A stretch of 64,000 nucleotides of DNA from assembly GCF_006345805.1 (NCBI RefSeq), contig NC_043015.1, positions 41,850,001 through 41,914,000 on the forward strand, read 5' to 3'. The notes under the pieces are model-generated. The model had not been told where the DNA came from. It made no database searches and worked only from the letters and a program-made list of their open reading frames with translations. A program made the translations under genes and the position numbers. Below are positions 39,150 through 52,883 of this stretch, in pieces (the stretch's first letter is position 1; every line of letters starts with the position of its first letter). This DNA comes from Octopus sinensis. Lineage: Eukaryota.

Positions 39150-39610
39150 GGGTTGTGTAGCAATCAAAATATAAAGACGGGAAATTGCTGCTGTTGTTGT
39201 TGCTGTTGTTGTTAAGCAACAAGACGGGTAAGGGTGATTAGGTGATGGTCTAGGGCTTAGGGGCGGGAGACCCAAGACCTTGGGAAAAAAAAATCTTTGG
39301 TCGTCTTGTTGTAGTCGAGGGTTCTTCGTTGACGCCCGACACCACTGGGAGGTGGCCCTCGAAGTCGCTGGAAATGGAGATCTCCAGGTCCAAATTCTTG
39401 GACGGCTGCTGCTGCGGGTTCCGTTGCAGTTGTTGTTCGTGTTGGTGCTATTGTTTTTACTGTTGTCGTTGTTGTTGTTGTTGTTTTTATCATTGTTATC
39501 GGTGTCAGTTGTCGGAGTTGATCGAGAAGACTTGTCCGCAAAACACGTTCTGACAGTAACCATCTCTTAATTTTGTGCATCGGTGTTTGTATTATCCGAT
39601 ATCTTACCAT
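39150..39610 (-). other. GC-elevated, protein-like segment; possible host exon
   Basis: Two overlapping minus-strand ORFs (117 aa and 202 aa) with Thr- or Asn-rich runs; reading frame unresolved. Confidence 0.3.
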
Positions 39611-39989
39611 TTTTTGGATACTCCATCAAATTCCTCCGGAGTTTTTACGAATGTTTAGTATTTTACTGAACTTTTTTTTAATTTACCTTTCATCTATACT
39701 TATTACTGTATTTATACATGTGTCTTTGTGGTTATGTTGGCTGTCCACCACGGTTTGACAACCGGTTCCGGTTTATTTACGTCCCCTCAATCAGATTTGA
39801 AAATAAATATCTGGGGGCGAGTTGTACGACTAAACAATTCAAGGCATTGCCCCAAATACAGCTTCGGTCCCACGACTGAAGTAAGTAAAAAGATGGAGTG
39901 TAAAAAAATAATTGTCTTTAATATGTTAACGGTAAATTTTAGAGATATTTAGCTGCTATGTTCAGCAGGACAAACAGTCACAAGAAAAA

Positions 39990-40170
39990 TCGAGTGTTCC
40001 GCTCGGGATGTAATCGATATTGCAATATATTGAGACAATATGATTAGAATTAAAGAACAAAGACTGTCGAGAGAGAGAGAAATATCAAGAACTGTTGCGA
40101 CAGATTGCGAATATTTGGTCGTCACTAAAGGAAGTAAATGTAATAAAAATGGAGATAGAATTTGGAGGAA
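39990..40170 (+). pseudogene. R4/Dong-type RLE fragment
   Basis: IDIAIY*DNMIRIKEQ ... EKYQELLRQIANIW across a frameshift. Confidence 0.6.
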
Positions 40171-40269
40171 TTTCGTTTAATATGGTAGCGAAATGGTTAC
40201 TGGTACAGCAGGATTCAAATTTAGAAGAATCTACTGTCTAGATATTTTAGCCAAACTTGGTATCTCCAA

Positions 40270-40600
40270 TTCGGTTTTTGTGCTAACCCTCACCTATTGT
40301 GCAGATATTGGATAATGATTTGAAAGTGTGGAATTGCTAATACAAACGGCCGACCCAGGGTTCCTCCGAAGTATCCCTGGAGTGACGCTACTGGATAGCG
40401 TGCATAGAAAAGAGATCAGAGGGACCCTCAGTTTCGAGTCGTATTGAGATGCCACGACTCCGAAAATAGTGGGCATTTCGTTGCTGTGTCGCCGGAAATA
40501 ATCACAAGACATATTTTTGAAGCCGAGCCAACTAGCAGGAAACCTATTGGTTGACCAACAACGAGATGTTTGGATGATATCCTTAGTTTTAATTGGTCAA
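40270..40600 (+). pseudogene. RTE-clade LINE C-terminal remnant
   Basis: LTYCA...IQTADPGFLRSIPGVTLLDSVHRKEIR...FEAEPTSRKPIG*PTTRCLDDI, matching the RTE pattern IQAAEMGFLR...GRRPRGRPRTRW.D.I. Confidence 0.75.
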
Positions 40601-40659
40601 GCTGGGAATGCAGCTGGAAAGAGTAATGACGGTTACGTTTCCTAATAGGACCAGTTCTC

Positions 40660-41520
40660 AACTGGTACTTAGTTTATCGACCCCGGAAGGTATGATAGGC
40701 AAACTTAACCTTTTGCAGGATTTGAACTCAGAAACTAAAGACGGACAAAGATCCGGTGTAGGATCGATTCTGTTAGACATTCGTCTTAAATCTGGAAGGA
40801 ATATTACAAGACATTCTAGCATATTCTCCGACGCCCCGATGAATCTGCCCGTTCGGTTACATGCGTTTGAGTGCGTGTATATATGTATCATATTTCTTTA
40901 TTGCCCAAAAGGGGCTAAACATAGAAGGGACAAACAAGGACAGACAGAGAGATTAAGTCGATTACATCGACCCCAGTGCGTAACTGGTACTTAATTTATC
41001 GACCCAGAAAGGATAAAAGGCAAAATCGACCTCGGCGGAGTTTGAACTCAGAATATAAAGACAGACGTAATACTGCTAAGCATTTCGCCCGGCGTGCTAA
41101 CGTTTCTTATTTCTTTATTGCCCACAAGGGACTAAACTTAGAGGGGACAAACAAGGACAGACAAAAGGATTAAGTCGATTACAACTACCCCAGTGCGTAA
41201 CTGGTACTTAATATATCGACCTCGAAAGGATGAAAGGCAAAGTCGACCTCGGCGGAATTTGAACTCAGAACGTAGCGGCAGACGAAATACCTATTTCTTA
41301 ACTGCCCACAAGGGGTTAAACACAGAGGGGACAAACAAGGACAGACAAACGGAATAAGTCGATTACATCGACCCCAGTGCGTAACTGGCACTTAATTTAT
41401 CGACCCAGAAAGGATGAAAGGCAAAGTCGACCTCGGCGGAATTTGAACTCAGAACGTAGCGACACGCGAAATACCGCTAAGCATTTCACCCGGCGTGCTA
41501 ACGTTTCTGCCAGCTCGCCG
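40660..41520 (-). mobile_element. Cluster of SINE family B multimers
   Basis: About five cores and two or three heads on the minus strand. Confidence 0.85.
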
Positions 41521-41544
41521 CGTGTATATATGTATCTATACACA

Positions 41545-41590
<46 letters not shown>

Positions 41591-42480
41591 CGCACGCACG
41601 CACGCACACTCACACACACAAACACGCATAGACACAGTAGAGATATATAATTTCGGTTTATATATTATGGGCGCTTATTTTAATTATCGCGCAGCGATGA
41701 CAAGAATAAGAACATTGTCATCAAATGTACCATAAACTAAGAACACGGAGAAACATATCAAACGCAAATAATTAAATAATTAACGACTCTGCTGCAACGT
41801 ATGGAAGCGTGAGCTGTTATCTCGATGCAGATGCATCTAAAACCTGAAGGTTTCATTAGGTGTTAAGCATATTAGATGCGACCCTCATTAACAAGCTTGT
41901 TACGATTGACGTTAATGAATAAAGTCAAACACAGAATCTTGGAAGATATAACATTGTTAAAATTTAGTTTCAAACAATAATAGTTTAGAATCCGAATATT
42001 AGCTTGATGTATACTAAGTGTTATTTCCTTTTACATCGCTTGTTAGTTTGAAATGTGTCTTATCAGGATACAAGTAATGGCAGTTACCGATGTAATTATC
42101 ATTAATGTTTCACTGTTTGTCGATTTGACTCATCTCGCCACGTCCGATGTTGTTCGGAATCGACCGTGTCTTAGTTTGGAACGTTGCCCCTCGATGAGTA
42201 AATATTTAATCTAATGAGAAAGAGAAGCATTTCGTGAAGATTATAAATGATATCCTACCTATCACTCTTTGTTTATGATTGGGATGATTTGAAACAGGTC
42301 AATGCTTTATGATTTTTTTTGGTAGTTTCTTTATCAAATTGATTTCAGTCAAGTTGGTTATTCCAGAAGTTGAGGAAGATTTACTCGGCTCTGATTACTG
42401 TGAATCTCACCTCCTTACTCTTCTCCCGGATGCTAAAAACATGTGAGAGTTAATGTCCGTGTATATATATATATATACAG

Positions 42481-42780
42481 AATGCTCTAGTAACACATGC
42501 TCTCGTTACACAGGAATGGATGGTTGAAAAGTTTCATGATCACCTAACCCCTAACATTTGACCTCTTAATTCTCTAGATCTGAATCCATTGGACTATTAC
42601 ATGTGGAGCGTTGTTGAGAAAGAGAGCAATGAACAAGCCCGTAACACCAAGGATTCGTTCACAGCTGCCATAGTCAGAGAGATGACCAAAATGAACCGGG
42701 ACCAAATGATTCGAGTATTCAGAGGACTTAAATCTCATATACAATCAGTTATTGAAGCTGAAGGTGGCTTTATTGAATAA
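42481..42780 (+). pseudogene. Tc1/mariner-superfamily transposase C-terminal remnant
   Basis: TQEWMVEKFHDHLTPNI*PLNSLDLNPLDYYMWSVVEKESN...SVIEAEGGFIE*, i.e. the WPPNSPDLNPLDY motif and typical EGG(F/Y)IE end. Confidence 0.85.
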
Positions 42781-42876
42781 CATTATAGAAAAGAAGGTTT
42801 AGTTTTATCATAGCAAGTTTTGATAAAGTTATTATCTGTTACTATATATCTTTTTTTATATATATAAAAATAAAAC

Positions 42877-43090
42877 TGTCACTAGTACGAAAAATGCCGT
42901 AATTTTACGATTTTTGAAAAATCGATGCTGATTAAAAATCGATTTTTAAAAAAATTCCAAGTGCGTAAGTGACCGCATGAGCATAAGCTCCCCGCATCTG
43001 TTAAGTTTCATCAAGGTCTGTTGGATAGTCTCAGAGGAGTTAAAGTAACAAATTCACAAACACACAAACTTGCCATTTATCATTATAGAT
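42877..43090 (+). mobile_element. Non-autonomous Helitron/HINE-like 3' portion
   Basis: AAGTTTCATCAAGG...GAGGAGTTAAAGTAACAAA-(ACAAAC)n-TTGCCATTTATCATTATAGAT, resembling Lep1/DINE-type ends (inference). Confidence 0.5.
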
Positions 43091-43851
43091 AACCAACGTA
43101 AGAATTCTGAATAAATGTTACGTGAAGTTCAAGCGATACAATGCAATAGAAAATACGAAAGCAGAACGAAGCGTTTCCCATAACCTGGTCTTCGATTTTA
43201 TTTGCTTAAATAAAATCAAGAACATTAAATTAAGATTGAAACACTAAAACCAGTGAATTGCAAAATAACGAAGCCAAGAAGATATTACGTGTTTATGGCA
43301 CGAATAAGATATGACACACAGACACTGAGAAAATTAGAAAATACAAAATGTTACGAAAGTGTACGAGAGATAACCAGATGAACGTAACAGTTCTAAATAT
43401 ACACCAGACGCCATAGTAATAAACTCTAGATTGAATGTAATATATTGGCTGTTGAATGCATTGAAGAGATTAGCGAGGGAACTTGAAGACTATTAACTAC
43501 GATTCGGATGGGATAATCATAAATCCGATTTATATGTATACGATATATCTGTTTCCGACATATTGAAGTATATGCTTGTTTTATTTAGATAATTATTATA
43601 GAAAGCTGTGGCTTTCCAAACAAAAATAGAATCGGAACTAAGAAAATGGAGGGGAGGTAATCAAGATTATCATGTATTTTTGTTTTGTCTATATCAACGT
43701 ACAAAGGAGACAGTCCGGAAGATGAAACTGCAACGAATACGTTTGAAGGCGAAGGATATGAAAAGGAATAAAGAGGAAGGCGAATCATATTAAACAAAAA
43801 TAGTGACGTTAGTTTCAGCAATAAGGTCCATGTGTTAGGAATGTGCACCTT

Positions 43852-43968
<117 letters not shown>

Positions 43969-43983
43969 ATATATATATATTAT

Positions 43984-44027
<44 letters not shown>

Positions 44028-44618
44028 TTAGAGACAAAACAGATGAAACCATAGCGACTGAAGAAGGGGTTTTTCCCTGTGTTAATTGTCCTGTACTCTA
44101 TTTTTTTGTTGTTTAAAAAATGTCCAGTTCCTTGGGTTTGTGTCTATGTTTTCGTTTCTCATTGTGTTCGACGTCTTTTTGGTGTCCTGTACTCATATAT
44201 GCGTGTATATGTACATGTAGAGGTAGGTACGTACATATATGTTTATATATATGCATATGTTCTATTTATTAATATATATATATATATATACTTATGCATA
44301 TATGCATATTTATATATATATATATATTTATATATATATTATAATGGAATGTGCAGGATTGTGTGGAATATATTGTATAAAAGATCGTGGGTAAGGCCAA
44401 AACAATGCGAAGTAAATGCAAGGTAAATCACAAGAAAACAACTATGTGAATAAATGTAGACTTACCTTGTATTCAATATTTCGGGTTTATGACCCCATTT
44501 TTCAAGAAATTGACGAATTTCTTGAAGATGTATCAGTCACCGTATTCTTTGTAATTCTTTTGGAAATATATACATATGCATACATGCATACACACACACA
44601 TATATATAATATGTATAC

Positions 44619-44694
<76 letters not shown>

Positions 44695-45047
44695 TATATA
44701 TACATATATATACATATATATATACATACATATATATATATATACATATATATACATATATATTTAAATATATATGCACATATATTATATATACATACAT
44801 ATACATATATATATGTACATGTATCTATATGTATTATATATATATACGTATACATATGTATGCGTATAATATATATACATATACGTGTATATATATATAT
44901 ATGTGCATATATATATATATATATACATACATATAAATATATATTTATATTGAGTATATATATATATCTATATATATATATATATATATGTATGTATATA
45001 TATATATAGATAGATATATAGATAGGTAGAAAGACAGACATATAGAC

Positions 45048-45094
<47 letters not shown>

Positions 45095-45115
45095 CAGACG
45101 GACGGACAGGCAGGC

Positions 45116-45240
<125 letters not shown>

Positions 45241-45934
45241 TAACGGTAACAGATATCTGAAAAAAATAGGGTAAGCAACATAATTGGCTATTGTTACAAA
45301 AATTAAATGTAATTAACCATCTTCTGTGTCTTACGAGTGTTGCCCTAGCGAGCAAAACATTACTAAGACACTAAGTAATGAAATTATACGTTTCCCCAAC
45401 ACTAGCAGTCTATATCAAACAACGACACAGATTCGAATTCGACGACCTTAATTCGATTTGCAAACTGAATTATGCACAATATCTGCACTTTCTAGCAATT
45501 ATTGAAGACCGTTGTAGTAAAACAGTAAATGAGATTTGGTTGTGAATATACACACAAAGAAATACAAACTGATTAGATCTTGTAAGCGTTATACATGAGA
45601 AAGAAAAACACGTGACGTAAAGAAGGACGTTTTGTCGTTATATCATTTATCTTTCACGCCTTTCACTTATTGGATTGCGACCAAGCTGGGGCTTTTTACA
45701 CAAATGAATCGATCTCTATGTTTCTTTTTTTTATAGACACTTTAAAAATATAACTATTGGGTCGATATATTCAGCAAAAAGATGTTTCAAGGTGGATGTA
45801 TGTATATTTATATATATATATATATATACATTTCCTTATTGCCCACAAGGGGCTGAACACAGAGGGGACAAACAAGGACAGACAAACGGATTAAGTCGAT
45901 TACATCGACCCCAGTGCGAAACTGGTACTTTATT

Positions 45935-45977
<43 letters not shown>

Positions 45978-47245
45978 TTGTGTGTGTGTGTGCGTGCGTG
46001 TGTGAGTGTCTGTGTGTGTGTGAACATAACATATAAAGCAGTGTTAAGACAGACCCAAAATTTAGGTTAGTTAAAATATATTTGTGACATATTTCAACTG
46101 ATAAAATTCCAATGTTCTGCAATTGCCGCGGAGAAAATATCTCTTACAGTAAAAAGTTAAAAAGGTGCGAAAAAACCCGGTTTGTTCAGTGTCGCCATCT
46201 ACCAGGAATTCCAGACATCGATGTTTCGAGACCTTTGACTCTTTTCAATGGGATGTACTCTGGCTTAGCATCACTTCTTAAACATCTCAACCAACCACAC
46301 CCTCCTGGGAAACTTAGAGTAATACATTCCCTTACAGCCAGCTAATTATTCTTAGAATGAAGTCTCATCGATATCATAGCAATTCTATTTAACATATTCT
46401 CTAGTAAAGAAACCTTCGTTAAAGCTATATCTAGGTTTAAAAGCACTTTAACCAAAAGCGATATCAAAGAGAGTTTTGAATAAATCCCTTTCGCAACCAG
46501 CACAAATACAAATGAAAAAAATCAATCCTCGGAAAATTTCTCCGATCCACCGTCTCCTCCCTCATTAAACGGAGCATTCAATATTGCTACAAATAAAATG
46601 ATACCAAAAAATATGATAAAAACGAATTGATTTTAGATAAAAGGGTAGTTTGCATTCGAAGCAACTCATAAACAAATTTATTTGAAATTGTTCACTAAAG
46701 TGCTACATTTGAAGGTTCCTTTGAAGTTCTTGCAGTTCGATAGTATTCTGTTTTAGACATTAATTGAAACAGAAGACGAGTGTATAAATTTTGGACATCT
46801 CTCTCTCTCTCTCTCTCTCTCTTTTCCCGATTTACACTTGGATGTCATTTTATACGAAGCATAATTACGCAGTGTTGGTCGAAATATCATATATATATAA
46901 ACATAATCAGGAACGAGTGTTTTGCCTTTCGAAATATAAAAAATTATATGCGTGAAGAAGAAGCAATATGTCACCATTTTTAATCTTCAAAAATCATATT
47001 AGTGAATTATATGTGTTGGAAGTTTGCTTTGTGAAATGCATATGCTTCGGAAGTTAACGACGATCTGCGCATTTATTCTTTAATCTTCTCTACAATTTTT
47101 TTTTTTTTGCTAATTAACTTGGGCTATGAGTAAGCAATGTCTATACGAAATAAATAAAATGGAAATATATATATATATGTATTGGTCCGTATGTCTAAGT
47201 TCAACAAAAAAGAGTACTCAATCTAACACACACATACACACACAC

Positions 47246-47284
<39 letters not shown>

Positions 47285-47501
47285 ATAATAATAAATATTA
47301 GGGAATAAATCCAAATTTACAGGGAAAATCAGATTTAGGATTGAATCCAATTTTATAGTAAAATATTATATAATATTAATTAGAGACAAAACCACTATTT
47401 TGCAAATCAAACAAAGAAAGACTTAATCCAATACATAAAAAAATTTAATATAAATTAAATAAAATTAAAGTATATATATATATATATATTAATATATATT
47501 G

Positions 47502-47928
47502 CTTTATATAATTAGGGTTCAGCAAAAAAATTTACTTTACCACACACCGAACTTTTAGAAATAGCAGCCAAAGAATTTAGCTAATTCCTCTACTATAAGA
47601 AGAGTCTCCCAGACAATGTATACTAAAAAACTTAAACTCAAAAATTTAAACCTAACGAAATCTTGGGCTGATGACAGGAATGTTGAATAGGTATGTATTT
47701 CTAGCATCTCTATATCTAACTAACCCAGAAACAGCGTTCTCAAGTAATCGATGTACGAGTGATCTTTTGTTATTTTTCCCTCTATGCCTACGTGAATTGT
47801 TTTCGAGTATACATTGTCTGGGAGACTCTTCTTATAATAGAGGAAATAGCTAAATTCTTTGGCTGCTATTTCTAAAAGTTCGGTGTGTGGTAAAATACAT
47901 TTTTTTGATGAACCCTAATTATATAAAG
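47502..47928 (+). mobile_element. Foldback element: 123-bp inverted arms around a spacer with a CUGAUGA hammerhead
   Basis: Arms 47502-47624 and 47806-47928; HHR at 47662-47744 (CUUGGG CUGAUGA ... GAAA CAGCG UU CUCAAG). Confidence 0.75.
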
Positions 47929-48359
47929 TAATGTTAAATATACCGTAAATGGTCTTTTTACATACTGAACACTACTTGGTAAAATCATTAATTACTAATT
48001 AATTTGACCTTATTATTATTGACAATATATATATATATATATATGTAAACGCACACACGTGTATATATACATGTTACAGATGTTAGTGTCATTGGACTGT
48101 AGCCATGCTGTAATGCTGCCATGAAAGCTTTGGTCGAAGATTTTATCAGTCTCTTTTTTTTCATTTAGACTACTATATTACGGGGGTCTTAGTAAAGCAA
48201 CACCAGGCGTCGAACGATAGGGTGTTAAACATGACCACACTCACATACACACAAAGCTACTAACACATATAGGCCATCATAGATCTATTGGGTCGGTTTC
48301 CATTGTAACTTTGAATTAGGAAACACAAGCAATGAATATGCAATACAGACGTGGAAAGA

Positions 48360-48740
48360 AATAAGGCGACGACCTGGTGGAATCGTTGCTCCACCGCGTA
48401 TGATGCTTAGCGACATCTCGTCCGCCTTTACGTTCTGAGTTCAAATTCCACCGAGGTCGATTTGCATTACATCTTTGTGTGTTCTATATAATAAGTAACT
48501 ATTAAGCACTGAGGTCGGTGTAATCGACTTGGTCCCTTCCCAAAACCTGCTGGATTTGGGCGTAAACTTGAGAACCAATAAACCCTTGGAAAGAGATAAG
48601 GCGGTGTAATCGGCAAATAGTTACCGCGCAGCATTCCGTCTGTTCTTACGATTTGATTTTAAATTCCGCTGAGGTCGACTTTGCCCTTCAACCTCTTGGG
48701 TATCGGGATCGATGTAATCGACTTGCCCCGCGCCGTACAT
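48360..48740 (+). mobile_element. Diverged SINE family B copies
   Basis: Two degenerate cores. Confidence 0.65.
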
Positions 48741-49885
48741 ACTCTAAATCTCAGACCGAGTGCCAACATTTGAAACTAATATGCTCAGGGAAATAAGTAT
48801 CTTTCATTAGATCTTTCAGAATATCTAGACGTTTCTGCCGCCAGTTTTCAGCTTTTAAATCGAATTTGAAAGAGACAGATTTGTGTATGGTTTTACAAAA
48901 AAAGCAAAATAAAAAAAAACACACACACACACATAGAATCACGAAGAGTTTGAATATAAAACACCTGAATGTAGCATGCGTGTTTATATTATAAACGAAA
49001 ACAAATTGTGCCATCGAAGCAGTGAAAAGGCCTTTTGATTGTCCTAGAAGAAAATATATTTAAAGTGATTGAAATATCTTGGGGCGATTTACGTCTGTAA
49101 CTAGAAATACACGGATATCATAAGAGACATTTTAATTCGTCTAATCAACGCGTTTGTTCACCGAGCGTGCTATACAGCTAATTATATGAGTGTGAGCGTA
49201 AGTGTGTATATGCATGTTTATGTATGAGAATGTGTCTTTGTATAAGTGTTTTGGTGTGTGTATGTGAGTGTTCAACTTAGGCAAAAGTCACGAACGTTGA
49301 GCAGAATCAAATGACAACTTATATGGCGTGACGTTCATGACCTTCTCAAGTTAATTAGTGACGAAATTGGTTTGAAATGTCTTGAAGATATAATGTAATA
49401 TCATTGCCTGTTCCTATACGAAGAAGCCGTGTAAAATGTTCGGAACAGTGCTTGCCAAATTACGAAATCACAGAGTCGTAAATATTTCCTGGAACCAGAC
49501 AGAAGAACGACACAAAGATATCGTCGACAGGGGCCGTAGCAGATAAAATTAAATTAGTGCCTGTTTTGCTACATGTATTAATGACCCTGAAAGAAAGAAG
49601 GCCGGAGGAACGATTCAGGAGATTTGAAGGACGTCGTAATATACCAGCAACGTTAAATATTGTAAGTCGAATCAATAATTATTTCATAAGTATAGTTTTC
49701 ATTTGTGTTGGGTTGAAATAAATGAAAAACAATTACTGTGATTGGAGCACATTATGATATGTATATATATACATATATATACATGTATGCGTGTATGTAT
49801 ATATATATGTATGTATATATATATGTATGTATATATACATGTATGCGTGTATGTATATATATTATGTATGTATATATTATATATA

Positions 49886-50318
49886 GGCGCAGGAGTGGCT
49901 GTGCGGTAAGTAGCTTGCTAACCAACCACATGGTTCCGGGTTCAGTCCCACTGCGTGGCATCTTGGGCGAGTATCTTCTGCTATAGCCCCGGGCCGACCA
50001 ATGCCTTGTGAGTGGATTTGGTAGACGGGAACTGAAAGAAGCCTGTCGTATATATGTATATATATATATATGTGGGTGTGGTGTGTGTGGTGGTGTGTGT
50101 GTGTTTTGTCTGTGTTTGTCCCCTAGCATTGCTTGACAACCGATGCTGGTGTTTTTACGTCCCGTCACTTAGCGGTTCGGCAAAAGAGACCGATAGAATA
50201 GTACTCTGGCTTACAAAGAATAAGTCCCGGGTCGATTTGCTCGACTAAAGGCGGTGCTCTAGCTCTAGCATAGCCACAGTCAAATGATGACTGAAACAAG
50301 TAAAAGAGTAAAAGAGTA
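49886..50318 (+). mobile_element. SINE family A, full length
   Basis: Complete head, body and tail. Confidence 0.9.
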
Positions 50319-50337
50319 AATATATTATATATATATA

Positions 50338-50576
50338 AAGGCAAAGTTTACGAAATAAACAAAAAGCCGAAGGCAGGTGGTGTACAAACAAACAAATGTA
50401 TTAGTATGGCGCTCAGGAATAGAAAAAGTCTTTACGTTTCGAGCCTACGCTTTTCGACAGAAAGATACACAGAAAAAAACAAGGAGAGAGAAAAATGCGT
50501 GTAGTAGCTACGATCTATCATGGATATATATATATATATATATATATATCTATATATATATATATATATTAATATA

Positions 50577-50607
<31 letters not shown>

Positions 50608-50790
50608 AAGGCAAAGTTACGAAAATAACAAAAGATGAAGGCAGGTGGTGGACAAACAAACAAATGTATTAGTATGGCGCTCAGAAATAGAAAAAGTCTT
50701 TTACGTTTCGAGCCTACGCTCTTCGACAGAAAGATACACAGAAAAAAACAAGGAGAGAAAAAATGCGTGTAGTAGCTAACGATCTATCAT
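50338..50790 (-). mobile_element. Two tandem ~185-bp TA-embedded elements with CUGUCGA HHR-like motifs
   Basis: Copies at 50338-50521 and 50609-50791 separated by (TA)n; motifs at 50430-50464 and 50698-50733 on the minus strand. Confidence 0.65.
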
Positions 50791-50792
50791 GT

Positions 50793-50834
<42 letters not shown>

Positions 50835-51039
50835 ATCGGTATTTGCATATATATATCGGTATTTGCAGTATTCATCGAAATTGTCAAGCTGAATTATCGA
50901 TCGGCGTTGAAGTGATTTGAACGCGAGTCAACGAACAAAATAATAAATAGCTATATACATAGATATGTGTGTGTCTGTGTATGTTTGTATGTGTGCGTGT
51001 GCGTACGGGGGGGATGTGAGTGTGTAGTATGTATAAGTG

Positions 51040-51071
<32 letters not shown>

Positions 51072-51281
51072 AAAGTATAAAGGAATTGATTAAATTCTGT
51101 CAATAGATAACCTTCTTGTCGAGTACTTCAGATGATTAAATGATATTAGTTTAAATACTGAATCAGTACTCGGGGTTAAATCTATAACTATATCCGTCCC
51201 CATAACAATCGATTGATCTATTTCCCTGTCAAGCTATTTTACACAGACACACAGACAGATACACACACATTACCTACAAAG

Positions 51282-51318
<37 letters not shown>

Positions 51319-51404
51319 AGAGAGATAAATAGATAGATATGTGTGTATATCTCTGTATGATGTAGAGGGTATTACATAGCTATAATATATATGTATATAT
51401 CTAC

Positions 51405-51448
<44 letters not shown>

Positions 51449-51675
51449 ATATATATATATTATATAGGATCAATAGCATATTTTACATTCCTTTGAGTAC
51501 ACAAGAGAAAACTAACCCTATTAGTATTCAGCGCATAGGGATTGGTTCAAAGTACGTTAAAATGTACGTTGTTGGTATACTGTAGCGTGTCGGTCAAGTC
51601 GTATATATATATATATATTATATATATATATATATATGTATATACATTACAACTTCACTTTGATATATATATATG

Positions 51676-51935
51676 TGGAAGCTCATGGCCTAGTGGCTAG
51701 AGTAGCGGACTCGCGGTCGAGGGATCGCGGGTTCGAATCTTAGATCGGGTCCGGCAGAAGGTAATGACGAACCTCTGCTGACTCTTTCGCCACAACTTTC
51801 TCTCACTCTTTCCTCCTGCGTCTTGCAGCGCCCCTGCGACGGATCGGCGTCCCGTCCAGGTGGGGAACCTATACGCCAAGGAAACCGCGAAACCGGCTCT
51901 TATGAGCCAGGCATGGCTCGAGAAGGAACAAACAA
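51676..51935 (+). mobile_element. tRNA SINE with family C head and V-domain-like body
   Basis: tRNA head followed by CCCCTGCGACGGATCGGCGTCCCGTCCAGGTGGG. Confidence 0.6.
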
Positions 51936-51939
51936 TATA

Positions 51940-51974
<35 letters not shown>

Positions 51975-51977
<3 letters not shown>

Positions 51978-52120
51978 GCCACCGTTCCTGCCGGAGCCTC
52001 GTGGAGCTTTTAGGTGTTTTTCGCTCAATAAACACACACAACGCCCGGTCTGGGAATCGAAACCGCGATTCTCCGATCGCGAGTCCGCTGCCCTAACCAC
52101 TAGGCCATTGCGCCTCCACA
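51975..52120 (-). mobile_element. SINE family C head fragment
   Basis: Matches 708-834. Confidence 0.8.
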
Positions 52121-52543
52121 AAATACGTAATACACGGTGCATATTAACTTTACATTACTACGATTCCATCAAAGAATGCGTAGAGGGCCTGTCGCTTGAT
52201 ATGGCATGACAATCGTAATTATGGTATGAGAAAAATAATTCTTTCGCCCTTCTAGGCACTCAGACCTCCCACATTTATTGATACGGCTGATGTGATGACG
52301 CATGGATTAGTGGCCAGGGTGTTGCACACGAGGTCGCAAGATCGTGGGTTCAGTTCCCAAATCGGGCGGTGCATTCTGTTTTTAAGCAAGCCACTTTTCA
52401 TTTCATGTTCTAATCCACTTGGCTGTAAATCCACAACCCTAGGTCGGACGGGCGTCAGGTTCAAGAACATTGTTGTGATCTTCCTCACTTATACGCCACT
52501 GAAACCGTGTAGCCGTTCCTCTGAATCGTAAGACACGAATCAG

Positions 52544-52643
52544 NNNNNNNNNNNNNNNNNNNNNNNNNNNNNNNNNNNNNNNNNNNNNNNNNNNNNNNNN
52601 NNNNNNNNNNNNNNNNNNNNNNNNNNNNNNNNNNNNNNNNNNN
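52544..52643. other. Assembly gap (100 N)
   Basis: Direct reading. Confidence 1.
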
Positions 52644-52883
52644 CATAAACGCAATGTTATTATTACCAGTTCAAATATGCTTGGAGGCTATTCGAACTTG
52701 TAACAAAGCCAGTCGCTGTATTTCGTCGTGGAGAAAATTTCTCGCTGTTAACAAACGGAGTAAAGACAGCGAAAGTCAGCTCGCAGCGTCACCTACCCAG
52801 ACTGTGTGACGCAAACATTTCGGAGTGGTTATCGCCGCTAGCTGATAAGAGAGATTGTCCCGCTTAAGATATACCCGTCATCA

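Noticed and set aside
43380-43800. Possible PLE endonuclease C-terminus (NLKTINYDSDGIIINPIY) and HHR-like words
   Set aside because: Too decayed to support; no complete HHR fold found.
44030-44220. CUGAAGA core at about 44057
   Set aside because: No GAAA or stem III follows, so no hammerhead can be drawn.
49480-49667. Open frame MTLKERRPEERFRR... ending at a GTAAGT donor
   Set aside because: The segment aligns loosely to the reverse complement of SINE family B (GACCCTGAAAG...GATTTGAA); likely a decayed SINE.
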